A stretch of 64,000 nt of DNA, from the NCBI RefSeq assembly GCF_963921235.1, contig NC_086124.1, forward strand, positions 16,430,001 through 16,494,000, in the 5' to 3' direction. Each line of letters begins with the position of its first letter. The stretch's first letter is position 1. The notes below the pieces were generated by a model. The model searched no databases. It had not been told where the DNA came from and saw only the letters and a list, made by a program, of their open reading frames with translations. This document shows positions 1 through 13,886 of the stretch, in pieces. This DNA comes from Mobula hypostoma. Its lineage: Eukaryota. The position numbers and the translations under genes are program-made.

Positions 1-640
1 CCATTACCTATTTTAACTGACTTGGAGCTTGTTCCACCTATTTTTACTTGAACCATCCTTTCCTTAAGGAAATCTTTGATCCAATTAAACATTCTACCTT
101 TAATTCCCGCATCATAGAGTTTAATTAATAACTTATCCTTCCATAGTGAGTCATGTGCTCTTTCAATATTTAGAAATACACTTAACATTACTTCTCTATT
201 TTGAAACGCTTTTTTAATATCATGATCTAAAAGGGCAACAGATTCCATTGTTGATCTTCCAGTTCTAAAGCCATTTTGATAGGCAGCAAAATGTCCCTTA
301 TTTTCCAAAAAATAAACAAGTCTGTTGGTGACCATTCGTTCCATAGTTTTACAAAGCACTGACGTTAAAGCTATAGGCCGATACGAACTAGGACTTGAGG
401 CGTCCTTATCTGACTTTAAAACTGGAACTACCACCGCATGCTTCCATTCTACTGGTAATTTTCCTTCTTTCCACACTGAATTAAACAATGCTAGAATTCC
501 TATTAATACAGAGTCATCTAAATGCTTAAGCAATGCATAACACAGTCCATCCCTACCAGGAGAAGTGTTTGAACCTGATTGAACAGCTTCCTGCAATTCC
601 TGAAGGGAGAAAAACAAAATTCTGGAGCTATTATCATCCA
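1..640 (-). mobile_element. I/Nimb-clade non-LTR retrotransposon, reverse transcriptase fragment (frameshifted)
   Basis: Minus-strand translation gives PGRDGLCY..WKHAVVVPVFK..SYRPIALTSVLCKTMERMV..YQNGFRTGRST..FLNIERAHDSLW, the N-terminal RT motifs of I/Jockey-group LINEs; runs off the window edge. Confidence 0.8.
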
Positions 641-644
641 AACT

Positions 645-885
645 CCTGTCCAATTTCCAACTTAGACAGAAGTAGCTTCCTCTCACGTTCCCCTTAAATA
701 TTTCACCTTTCACCCTTCACCATTCACCTCTAGTTGTCGTCCCACTCAACCCCAGAGAAAAAAAAACTGCTCTCATTTACCTTATCTATCTCCTCACAAT
801 TTTCTAGCTCTCAGAAATCTCCCTTCAATCGTCCACGTTCCAATAAATAAAGTTCTAAACTATTCAATCTTTCCTTATACCTTGG
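645..885 (-). mobile_element. CR1 LINE ORF2 3' fragment
   Basis: Similar to the ORF2 C-terminal part of the CR1 at 49650-49900. Confidence 0.6.
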
Positions 886-1400
886 GGCTAATGCGAAGGC
901 GTGACGGTCACAGTTCGTTCTCAATATCACCCATGCGCTCAGTGGACAAAAGTCCTGGGAGAATCGGTAGCAGAAAGTAACAGGGCTCTGGGTGGGGGTT
1001 TATGAGCACCGGCGTCTGCACCATGACCCTGGGACAATCGCTGTGAGCCCGGACATGCTGTGGCCCAGCAGTCCGGAATAATCTCAGTTGTTTCCATCTG
1101 TTTCAGTGCCACGATCCGTACCCAGGCCCCGGGAAGCTTTTGCGGATGAGCGAAGGTACTCGCACCATTTCGCATGCGCATTGCTGGGGCACTGTGACAG
1201 GTAGATCGGCCTCTCCTTTGTGGTGCTTTCTGGGTAGAGAGGCAGCCATGGGTGACACTTCCACCGGTTTCCCCACCAGTCTGCAGTGCGTGTTTGGAAG
1301 CACGAACGGTGGAATGGAAGCGGATGGTTCTGCCAGACAATGTCGTACTCCACCTATCCAAGTCCAAGGATGAGTAACTCGTGACAAAATATAGAGAATC
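885..1400 (+). promoter_or_regulatory. CpG-rich promoter/5' non-coding region of ZNF locus A
   Basis: CpG-rich; NRF1-like CGCATGCGCA at 1171-1180; 1070-1620 aligns with 40280-40750 plus 45624-45720 upstream of the intact ZNF. Confidence 0.55.
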
Positions 1401-1848
1401 GTCCCGTTAATGGAAATGATTCTGCTGCATGGAAAAAAGAATACAATCTTTCCATCGGCTTTAATTTTTGAGAAAATCACCTTTGTTCGAGCTCTTCTTC
1501 TGGACCTTTCTACCTGTGAGAACAAGTTTTGCCCATCTCCTGGTACATAGGGGACATAATGGTATCAAACACCTTTGTCCTGAGTAACAAGTGACCTGCA
1601 GCTTTCACATCACAGAAGTGCCACACTCCAATGAGAAATCCTGCTGCCCTCCTCTTCATATTCATTGGCATTGCCACTGATTATTTTAACACTGTCAATC
1701 ACCTGTGTTTGGGGGTGGGGGGTAGAGGGAAAGGGAGTCAGATTAATTAGAAATTCTTAGGATTACCTGCCGTAACATAGAAACTAAAATTATTTCATCT
1801 GAGATGTCACCCTTCACACATCAATATTTTTTGTAATTCATTTTACAG

Positions 1849-3140
1849 GTTAGCAATGGCAAATAATTTGTGCAGGGGAATCTCAAACATAACAAAATGT
1901 TAGTTTTGCTGTCTCTGTCCAAATATTTAATGAGTGACCAAATATTTCCTCAGTAACGTCAATATATCTGGTATTGATTCTTGGAGATGACAAACCACCC
2001 TAGCTGGGAATGTTCTTTGTCTGTGAAATGAAAGTTTTCTATTGTAACTCAGTGAAATCATCTGGAACTAGGTACTGAGAACACACCAGTATTTGTTCAC
2101 AAGTGATCAGTCCTTGAACTGGTTTTATTGTACAAGGGATTCACTATGACATCTGACACGATGCATTGCCAGAGAATTAATAGAGAATTGTGGGAAGGGA
2201 TTCACTCACTCATCCTGCCAGCGAGTTCACACTGAGGGGAGGCCGTTAACCTGCTCAAATTGTGGGAAGGGTAATAATCTGACTGACAGAGACACCAGTG
2301 AGTTCACACTGGGGAGGGTCTGTTAACCTGCTCAGGATTCACTCAGTCATCCAACCTACAGAGACACCTGCAGTTTACACTGGGAAGAGAGCATTCACCT
2401 GCTCACACAGTAAGAATGGATTCCCTCAAACATCAGACCTCTTGGCACACCAGCGAGTTCACACTGGAGAAAGGCCATTCACCTTTTCTGAATGTGGGAA
2501 AGGATTCAGTCATCTCAGCTATTGGCACATAGTTGATCAGTTCACAATGAGGAGAGGTCATTCATCTGTTCAGACTGTGGGAAGGGATTCACTCAGTCAT
2601 CTCAACTGAAGATACATCATCAAATTCACATTGGAGAGGAGAGTTTGACCTGATCAGACTGTGAGAAGGGATTCACACAATTGTGCAGAATACAGAGACA
2701 CCAGCGAGTTCACATTGGGAAGAGACCACTCACCTGTTCTATATGGACGAAGGGATTCACTCCATCATCCAGTCTGCAGAGACACCAGTCAGTTCACACT
2801 GAGGAGAAGCTGTTCACCTACTCTCTGAAGAAAAGGATTTACTCAGTCATCTCAATGACTGGCACACCAGTCAGTTCACCCGGGGGAGACACCGTTCACC
2901 TGGTCTTATTGTTTGAAGGGATTTACGTACACAGCAGTCAGTTCACACTGGGAGAAACCAGTCACCCCAGATTGTGAGAAGGGAATCAGTCAGTAATTTG
3001 AACTGAAGCTACATCGGCAAGTTCACACTGGGAAGAAACCATTTAACTGCTCTGAATGTGGGAAAGGGTTCAATCACTCATCCCGCTTCAGGACACACTG
3101 ACACATTACTGAGTTCAAACTGAGGGAAAAGTTTAAATAG
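1849..3140 (+). pseudogene. C2H2 zinc-finger gene, decayed (locus A)
   Basis: Acceptor TTTTACAG|G at 1848/1849 is homologous to 50536/50537; many HTGERPF/CGKGF finger remnants broken by frameshifts and stops (ORFs 2298-2609, 2681-2977). Confidence 0.85.
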
Positions 3141-4009
3141 GCTGCATGCTAGATATTTAACCATTACAGTAGTTGAATCCAGAGGCAAGTTCAAAACTGA
3201 CTGTTGGTGTTGAACTCTGCAATTATTGCTCCACTCCTAGTTCTACACTTAGTCACTGGGCATGGGAAGGATTTCTTCTGTCAATGTTTAATGGGACTGG
3301 AGTTTCAAATTCTGAATCTGTGACCAATATATCAGTTCTACTTTAAACTCTGTCTCAGATACCTAGTGAATCTACAACACACCCAGTGTACAGAAGGGAC
3401 TCAACTCAGCCCATCTGCTCCCTGACAGTGTTTCTGTTCCCCAACAGTCCTTGTTAATCCACCCCTGCTGTTCACTGCCCCCCACTCTCCCTGTGGTGAT
3501 GGATCACTAACAGAGGTTTCCCTTGTATTTCCTATATGAATTTCTGCAGACTGAAAATGACAACGAGATGAATGCAGTTTTGTCCCACATGTTCTTCATC
3601 CCTCAGATTTCTTGGCTGAGTAAGACTGATATTGGTGGCTGACTTCTTCCTTCCCAGCTCTTTTCATTGTTATGGGACCATTCCACTGCTTCCACTGAGT
3701 CTCACACAGCTGGGTTGATAGAATACTCCATGATCCACAAAAGTCTGAAAGCAGAATGGGGGACCAATTCAGTGAAACAGAGTCAGAAACCAGGGCTGTC
3801 TCAGCACAGGTGCTGAGCTTGGGGCTCCAGACAGCGGTAGGGGTAATGATGATGGGGGGGGGGGGGGGGGAGGGTGGCAACGGATTACTGAACAGCAACA
3901 TTTGGGAGCTGATTGACAGAGAAAATAAAACTAGCTTGACTGACTGCTGACTCACACAGTCCTGTTAACATTGAGTATATTAATTGTAAGTGTTTCTGTT
4001 ACATTGTTA

Positions 4010-5825
4010 AGGATAATAGGATGATTTAGTAGGTGAATACATGGCTGAGGAACTGGTGCAGGTGTTTACATTTATCAATCACTGGAATCTCTTCAGGAGA
4101 AGGTACTACCTTTATAAAAGGGATGGGTTACACCTGAACCTGAGGGGAACCATTAATACTGCTGACAGGCTTACAAGAGCTGGTCAGGAGGGTTTAAACT
4201 AATTTGTCAGGGGGATAGGAACTGGAGTCATCGTGCTGAGGATGAGGTAGTGGGTTTACAAATAGGAGCTGTGTGTAGAGAGACTACTAGCTGGAGGGAC
4301 TGATGAGAGGGCAAAATTGCAGTCAACAGGATGAGTTGCAATGTAAAATGTGGACAAAATTGGACTGAAAATACAGGACTGAAGGTATTATATTTGAATG
4401 TGTGCAATACGTGGAATAAGGTAAATGAACTTATAGTACAGTTACATATTGGCATATATATTGTTGACATCAGTGAATTATGGCTAAAAGTAGATTATAG
4501 CTAATAGCTTAATATTTAAGGTTACTCATTGTATTGAAAAGAGAGACAGGTAGGCAGAGGGAGTGTTGTGGTTCTGTCAGTAAAATAAAATGTAATCAAA
4601 TCATTAGACAGAGGTGGTATTGGGCTGGAAGGTGTTGAAGTATTGAGGGGAGGGTAGAGTTTACAAAGTACAAGGATACAACCCCAAACAGATAAGGTCT
4701 GTAAATTACAACAACAGATAAAAAGTACATGGAAAAAAGGCAATGTTACAATAGTCATGAGTGAGTTCAATATGCAGGTAGATTGGGAAAATTAGTTTGG
4801 TGCTAGATCCCAAGTGGGGGAATTTCTAAAATACTTATGAGGTGTATTTTTTAGTGAAGCTCGTGGTTGAGCCCACTAAGGGACGAGCATTGCTGGATTT
4901 GCGCACAGTGCAACGAACTGGATGTGTTTAGAGAGTTTAAGGTGGCGTTATTGATCATAATATGATGGAATTCACCCTGAGATTTGAGGAGAAGCTAAAG
5001 TCAGATATATTAGTATTACAATGGAGTGAAGGGGATTACAGAGGCATGAAAAAGGAACAGGGCAAAATTGATAGGAAAAGAACACTGGCAAGGAAAACAG
5101 CCTGAGCAACAATAGTTGGAATTTCTAGGAGAAATCTGGAAGGCACAAGATATAAACATCCTAAAGAGGAGGAAGTATTCTAAAGGCAGAATGACACATC
5201 TGTGGCTGACAAGAGAAGTGAAAGCCGACATAAGAGACAAAGGGAAGACATCTAATTGAGCAAAAGTTAATGGAGTTAGAGTATTGGGAAGTTTTTAAAA
5301 CCCAACACAAGGCAATTAAACAGTCATAAAACAGGGAAAGATGGAATATGCAGGTAAGGTAGCCAATAATATTAAAGAGGATGCCAAAAGTCTATTCAGT
5401 TACATAAAGTGCAAAAGAGAGTTGAGAGAAGTATCAGACTGCCATAAAATCATGCCGGACAGGTAGTAATGGGGGACAAGGAAATGGTGGATGAACTGAA
5501 TATGTATTTTGCTTGCATCTTCACTGTGGAAGGCACTAACAGTGCGCCGGAGTTTTGAGCATGAAATTGCCATTCTGTGGGAGAATATTATTGGGAATTT
5601 GAAAGCTCTGAAGGTAGGCAAGGTGCAACACAGGGTGCTGAAAGAGGTTATTAAGAGATTGTGGAGGTATTCATGTGATCGTTGTATGGAAGATGCAGAG
5701 ACATGGGTATGGTATAGGTAGGAGGGATTGGGTGTTTTTTGACTTGCTTTGCAGCTGGTTTGGTACAACATTGTTTGCCCAATGGTCTGTTCCTGTGCTG
5801 TATTCTTCCATGTTCTATGTTTTAT
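4010..5825 (+). mobile_element. Degenerate CR1 LINE (ORF1 esterase end, APE endonuclease, internally deleted, 3' tail)
   Basis: LYKRDGLHLN esterase motif near 4110-4140; endonuclease remnants; TTCTATGT-type tail near 5810. Confidence 0.8.
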
Positions 5826-5924
5826 TTTCAGTATTAAAATATTTCATATGCTATGAACTTCTATAGATGTGTGGTGGTAAGTACAGCTGTTATGGCAAAT
5901 ATATCCTTTCCATTAAAAAAAAAT

Positions 5925-6320
5925 CAGTATCCATCTTCAGGGACCACCCAGTACCACCACCTAGGACATGCACTCTTGTCACTGCTGCTATCAGGAAGAA
6001 GGTAGAACAGCCTCAGGTCTCACACCATCAGTTTCAGTAATGGCTACTATCACTGTTCCATCAAGCTCTTGAACCAAAGGGGATAAATTCACCTCATGTT
6101 CTCAAGGTATATTGCTGATATTTTTAATATTATTATCTTTTATTTGTACATTTTGTGTCTCTTGCACACAAGTTGAATGCCCAATTTGACACTGTCGCCT
6201 ATTTATTCTATGATGGTTAGAAATCAGTTGTAGATTTTGTGAACATGCCCGGAAGAAAATGAATCACGGTTGCTGATGGTAACATATATTGACTTCGGTA
6301 ATGAATTTACTTTAAACAGA
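5925..6320 (+). mobile_element. Rex1/Babar-type LINE 3' end
   Basis: Encodes an HHLGHALLSLLLSGRR-like C-terminal motif followed by an AT-rich 3' UTR. Confidence 0.6.
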
Positions 6321-6552
6321 ATGTATTTTTATTCCATCTGCATCCATATTTTACGTTTTCATTTATGTAATTTCTGCCCCAATCCCCTCTGGTTGGCAAG
6401 GATCCCAGTCCACACTGTTACCCAAACCAAATGGTACCGGCTTCTGATTGGTGGAGCAAGCTATTGTGATTTATTCCTTCTGATATCCAATTAACCGATT
6501 CGTCGAAATAAATTCGACGGGTGATTCCTCTCTCCAAGCACCTAATGAAAAT

Positions 6553-6690
6553 CAAGCAACACCCTTCGTCAGGACCCGAAACGTCGATTGTACCTCTTCC
6601 TAAAGATGTTGCCTGGCCTGCTACATTTACCAGCAACTTTTATGTGTGTTGCCTGAAATTCCAGCATCTGCAGATTTCCTCGTGTTTGAG
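6553..6690 (+). mobile_element. Penelope-like terminal-repeat fragment with 11-bp target-site duplication
   Basis: CTAATGAAAAT at 6542-6552 and 6691-6701; the insert matches the PLE ends at 17457-17595 and 31250-31345 and begins with a short inverted piece. Confidence 0.8.
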
Positions 6691-6802
6691 CTAATGAAAA
6701 TGCTCCGATTCTCCACGAGTATACGGCTGTCGTCTCCGCCTATTTAATCCGCGCTCCGAAGATTATTCTGTTTATTACCGTGTCTCAACTAGAACAAAAG
6801 AA

Positions 6803-7174
<372 letters not shown>

Positions 7175-7207
7175 AGAGTGCTGCCAAAAACAAACCGAAA
7201 ACCCAAA

Positions 7208-7223
7208 GGCTCTTTTAAGAGCC
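7208..7223 (+). terminator. Histone mRNA 3' stem-loop (H2B)
   Basis: GGCTCTTTTAAGAGCC preceded by CCCAAA; purine-rich HDE-like AACAGAGCTG about 15 nt downstream. Confidence 0.95.
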
Positions 7224-7794
7224 ACTCACTATTTCATTAACAGAGCTGCTTCTTGAGCTAATTCAAATTCTATCCATGTTAATCGGAATATGCTGACCAA
7301 TGGTCGGTATAATCCCAATGTCTTGTCCAGTTTAACTACTCTACACATGGAAACATGACCCTTCCTTATCACTTCGTCTCGGGAATCACAAATTGTATAA
7401 GTGAAACGGACATTTCCTGCTCCTTCTCGTTTAATTGTTTTAGGGTATGTTTTATTTGTTTCTATCCCATTTTGGTAACTTCTAAATCCCATTTCAATGC
7501 CAGCCAGTTCTTTCGTCAATAATTATTTTTTAAACTGCAGTCGTAGTTCATTCATAACTTGATACAATTCAATCACCAGAACTAACCGGGATTGAAGCTG
7601 AGAATCAATTTTGGTTCTGAGCCAGGAAATTGTTGAATTCGATCCCCCAGGCTCTTTCACAATATTAGCTACACTTAACGATTAGTAGTAGCGGACTTCA
7701 GTAATGGGTGAATGCGGAGAACAAGTCGACAAGCAGACCTGCTATGACTTGATTTTAGATTAGGTTTGAACAAAGGATATTTGGCGAGCCGTAA

Positions 7795-8403
<609 letters not shown>

Positions 8404-8433
8404 AGAGACAGAATCTGAACCCAGTGACCCAAA

Positions 8434-8449
8434 GGCTCTTTTCAGAGCC
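8434..8449 (+). terminator. Histone mRNA 3' stem-loop (H2A)
   Basis: GGCTCTTTTCAGAGCC; HDE-like GAAGGGCTG downstream. Confidence 0.95.
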
Positions 8450-9012
8450 GCTCACAGTGTCTGTGAAGGGCTGCTCTGCGGATACGCTGAGTATGGGGGA
8501 AAGGGCTCAGTTTCGCTGTCACTGCGAAAATTTTTTGTGGAATTTCCTTTGAAGCAAATGGGTGTTATAATTTCTGAAATGTTATTGATCTTTTTTCTAT
8601 ACAACGAGTTTCCTGAGGGAGTCTGCAAAACGTGCGACTATTGCGAAGAGCAATGGATGGAATCAAATTTATTTTTACTCCGGATCACTCACTGAAGATT
8701 AGTCGGCAGGCCACTTGGCCCATTGACTCTTGTCCGCCATTCATTCATGCCCCATCCTTTTTTCTCCTCCTCTTCTCCCCGTAAGCTTTCACGCCGTGTC
8801 CAGTCAAGAACCTTTTAGCATCATCTTTAAATACACACAATGATCAGTCCGGTAACCCGAATGTGTGCACGATGCCGATTGCAATTAAGTCCATACGGCT
8901 GCAAATAGTCAGTATCCCTGAATTCACTGGCCCTTCCCATTTCAAACCATTAAATACGCATAAATAATCAGTGAACGGGAGTCACCTACTGTAATAATGA
9001 ATCTACGGACAA

Positions 9013-9013
<1 letters not shown>

Positions 9014-9049
<36 letters not shown>
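9014..9049. repeat. (TA)n(CA)n compound microsatellite
   Basis: Seen directly. Confidence 0.95.
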
Positions 9050-9128
9050 AAAGAGTCCGTCATCCAATAAATAATCCTTTTTTCCACATTCTTCTCCCGG
9101 TCATAGCTCGCTCTGTGAGATGGTGGGT

Positions 9129-9144
9129 GGCTCTTAGAAGAGCC
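9129..9144 (-). terminator. Histone mRNA 3' stem-loop (H4)
   Basis: Minus strand GGCTCTTCTAAGAGCC followed by ACCCA; HDE-like ACAGAGCGAG. Confidence 0.95.
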
Positions 9145-9178
9145 TTTGTGTTGCGTTCAGGGGAACGAAGAAATTTAT

Positions 9179-9499
<321 letters not shown>

Positions 9500-9547
9500 T
9501 TATTCCAGACGCTGTTGTTCAGTGACGAATCGACTGCTGCTGTCTCC

Positions 9548-9575
9548 TTTTATAAACAGCGCCCCGACCTGCCAG
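9548..9575 (-). promoter_or_regulatory. H4 TATA box and H4 site-II-like element
   Basis: Minus strand CAGGTCGGGGCGCTGTTTATAAAA upstream of the ATG. Confidence 0.7.
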
Positions 9576-9729
9576 AGAAAGGCGCAGATAGATAGAGAGG
9601 CGGGAAGGGGTGGAGACAGTCAGACTGCCTCTCATCGTCCAGCTCCACAATCGCCAAATTCCAGCGGTTTAGCCGCAACGGGACAGAAACAGCGCCCCCG
9701 GATACACCATTGGAAATCAATGGGATGAA

Positions 9730-11230
9730 ATGAATATCAGTATAAACCAAGGCCAGGTAGAATATTTGAACAAATCGTAGAGACATTAGAAATGATCTTT
9801 CAAGAATCACAAAATTCTGGAATGGTTCTGGATGACTGGAAAATTGCAAAAATCACTCCACTCTGCAAGAAATGAGGGATGCAGAGGAAAGGAAATCATT
9901 GGCCAGTAAGTCTGACCTTAGCGATTGGGAAGATGTTAGAGTTGATTGTGGTATCGGATACTTGCGGGCACATGATAAAATCGGCCGAAGACAGGGTGGT
10001 TTCCTTAAGGGAAAATATTTCGGAATTCTTTGAAGAAATAACAAACAGAATAGATAAAGGAGAATCGATGGATGCTATGTACTTAGATTTTCAGAAGCCT
10101 TTGACAAGGTGCCATTCTTGAGGCTGCTTAAGAAGATGACCTCCACCCCACGATATTACAAAAAAGATATTAGTATGGACGGAGCATTGGCTGATTGGCG
10201 GGAGGCAAAGAGTAGGAATAAAAGGAGACTTTTCTGGAGTGCTGCCAGTGACCAGTGTGGTTCCACAGGGGTCTGTGTTGGAACCCCTCCTTGTCAATGA
10301 TTCAGATGATGGAATCGAGGGCCTTTGCCAAATTTGTGGATGAAATAAAGATAGGTGGAGGAGCATGTAGTGCTGTGGAAGCAAGGAGTCTAAAAAAGGA
10401 CAAACGGATTATGAGAATGGGCAAAGAAGTGTCAGATGGAATACTGATTTGGGAATTGTATGGTCATGTACACTATAGAAGAAATAAGTTTACACTGTTT
10501 CAAATTCGAGAGAAAATTCAAAAATCCGAGATGTAGAGGGGCTTGGGGGTCCTCATGCAGGATCCATTAAAGGTTAATTTGTTTGTTGAGTCGGTGGTGA
10601 AGAAGGCAATTGCAATCTTAGCATTCATTTCAAAAGGACTAGAATTTAAAAGCAAGGATGTAATGTTGAAATTTAATAAAACACTAAGGTCTCATTTGGA
10701 GTAGTTTTGGGCATCTTATCTAAGAAAGGATGTGCTGACATTGTGGAGGTATCAAAGAAAGATCATGAAAATGAGTTCAGGATAGAAAGGTTTTGACATA
10801 TGAAGAGTGTTTGAATGCTCTGGGCCTCTACTTACTGGAATTCCGAAAATGAGTGGTGACCTCATTGAAACCTATTGAACGTAGAAAAACCTTAATAAAG
10901 TGAATGAGAAGAGAATACTTTCAATGGTGTGGGAGTCTGAGGCCAGTGGTCACAGCTTCAATATAGAGGGATGTCCATTCAGAACAGGGATGAAAAGGAA
11001 TATGTTTAGCTAGAGAGTGGTGAGTCTGTGGAATTCATTGCCACAAGTGACTGTGGAGGCAAAGTGATTGGGTATATTTAAGGAAAGAGCTTGATAGATA
11101 CTTGATTGGTCAGAGCCTGATGGTTTATGTGGAAAAGGCAGGAGATTGGGGCAGAGAGGGAGATGGATCAGCCACGGTGGAGCACACTTGATGGGCCAAA
11201 TGACTTTTTTTTTGTTCCTATGTCTTATGG
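9730..11230 (+). mobile_element. 5'-truncated degenerate CR1 LINE (RT to 3' tail)
   Basis: MDAMYLDFQKP, GVPQG-like and AKFVD remnants; tail CCTATGTCTTATGG. Confidence 0.9.
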
Positions 11231-11249
11231 CATTTAAACCAGTTTAATT

Positions 11250-12310
11250 GTAACTTCTTCCCTTCTGGCCCCTCACCTCCTCTGTAGTGAAGTAATATTT
11301 TTTTTTTCTAAATTTCATATAAAAGTCTCCTTCAATTGAATGTTCTACAGTCCCTGTCAGATTGAGAGAACATGATCTTTAATTAAAACCTTTGCCTCTC
11401 TCTTACTTAGTGGAATATCGCTATCAAGAGCACTGCCCTTCATGGACTGTTTAGCCAACCTATCGACTACTTCACTTCCATACAGACCGACATGAGCTGT
11501 GACCCAGAAAAGCAGACATACATCCCTCAGTACTGCAGCTGTAATAATGTTTGTCTGACTTCCAACAAAACACCTGGACAACTATTGGATAAACCCACCT
11601 TAAGACGACGCAATACAGAGAAGGAATCAGGACAGACACCAACAGAGTTACCTGTGTATCCTCTATCTACCGCAATACAAGAAGGATTGCCACCATTTTA
11701 ATAGTATAAACTGGGAGTTCATTAGATAACCTTTTTCTAATTGACACCTGGAATGCTGGGACATAGACTGCTGTACCGGTGTTATGAGACACTGGGCCTT
11801 TAGAATCATCTGTAAACAATGGAACCATTCCATCATATTGATGAAGCACAGACCATGGAACCACCAGCTTTTCATTTACATACCCAACAAATTCTGACAG
11901 CCTCTCTGGAAGAGTCAAATGTGCCCCAGGTAAAGCAAATTGCCAGGGAACAATAATGGATAAAGCCATGCAGGAGCATAGCTCATATTGGTTAGTCCCA
12001 GGATATCTGATCATTTCCTTCCTACCTAAAACAGCAAAATCTTGCAAACTTGATATTCCAATCTTTCAATATATTCTGAGTTGGATGCTCATCCACACGA
12101 CCACTGAAGTCTAGCCAATAATTCATAGCCATCTTCAATCTTCGCATGTTCAATGTCATCTGACCCATTTTCCCCGCAGAGCAGAAACAGAAGACCCAAC
12201 AACACCAAAACACGGATGTAAAGCCTGGGCATGAATAACACCCAGACATTTCAAAACTGAGGGGGCAGCACAGCTATATGCAACACAGCATCATCTAACT
12301 CTGTTGCAAT
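11250..12310 (-). mobile_element. I/Nimb-clade LINE fragment: RT thumb and RNase H
   Basis: LFTDDSK...GTAVY and LFWVTAHVGLYGSEVVDRLAK match the RNase H motifs (YTDGSK, WVPAHVGIxGNExADxLAK); upstream LNMRRLKMAMNYW thumb region. Confidence 0.85.
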
Positions 12311-13424
12311 CAATGCATAATACGAACGTAATCATCGACACCCTATTAACTTCCCAAGGGTCTGAAGATCAAAATCTCAGTCTCTTCCGGCGAGCGTAAT
12401 AGCTTTATTTGCTAAAGAACAGAAAGCAGAAAGAAAAGCGCCGATAGTAACTGTTAGTTACCCAGATAACCTGCGAAGCTAGCGAAAAAGTTATTCAATA
12501 ATCCGTAGCCTACAAACAAATGGGTTGATTCATTAATTCGATCAAATTTTATTCTACAGTAACAACACAAGTGCTTTTTCACTCACTGTTTGAATATTTC
12601 CGGACATTTAGCTTCCACTGTTTATATTCGTGTTCGGTGTGGGTACAAACTTCATCAGATTATGCACTGGTCTCTCTTGGCAAACTGCGGTCTAAGGCGA
12701 GTTTGTAACGTGAATTAAATTGTTCTGTGAAAGAACCGGAATTCCAGCGTCGGCAGACTTGACGCGGGACCTGGGGTTGAAAGGAGAAAATATAAAGGAT
12801 CAGCCATGACTGAATGAATGAGCAGACTCGATGGGCCAGATTCTACTCCTGTCTTATGGACTCCACTAGAAATAGAACTGGAAAGCTGCATTTAATTAAA
12901 CCTATTCTTCGTAACAGTAACAACCGTAGTCAGCAATAATATGCATTGACTGATTAATTCGAGAAGGAATAATTTCAGTATCAGCCTAGTTGGCCCGTTT
13001 TAATGTTTCTGGCAATTTAACTCCCAAAAGCCAATCGAGTTTATATTCCCGTTGCGTCTGGATATCAACGTCATCACTGGTCTCTCTTATCAAACTGTGG
13101 GCAAAGGCCAGTTAGCAACGCGTGAAAAAAATTGGTCGTGTGAAAGAACCGGAATGACAGCATCTACAGACCACTGTGTCCCCGTGAACCTATCCTGAAA
13201 TCTACTAAAAATAGGAGTGGGTATTAAAAGTTAAGACTGCACTTACCAAAGCCCATTCTCGATAGCAGTAGTAACCGCAAATCCCTGGAAATCTTGCCAC
13301 AAGAAAACATTAGTACACGATAGATATGTGGGACAGGAACACGCGCTGACGGTGACAGAGTTTATATCACAGAGGAATGCTGTGTCGGTGTACAAACGAC
13401 AGCCCTTTCCACTGTCGGATTGGT

Positions 13425-13440
13425 GGCTCTTAAAAGAGCC
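13425..13440 (-). terminator. Histone mRNA 3' stem-loop (H3 copy 1)
   Basis: Minus strand GGCTCTTTTAAGAGCC then ACCAA; HDE-like GAAAGGGCTG. Confidence 0.95.
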
Positions 13441-13469
13441 GTTTGTTATGCTTGGTGCCGAGGCCGGAT

Positions 13470-13886
<417 letters not shown>

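Noticed and set aside
939-1525. Overlapping minus-strand ORFs, with similar ORFs at 40071-40586
   Set aside because: Similarity reflects the duplicated GC-rich promoter; the frame is not conserved between copies and no domain is recognisable.
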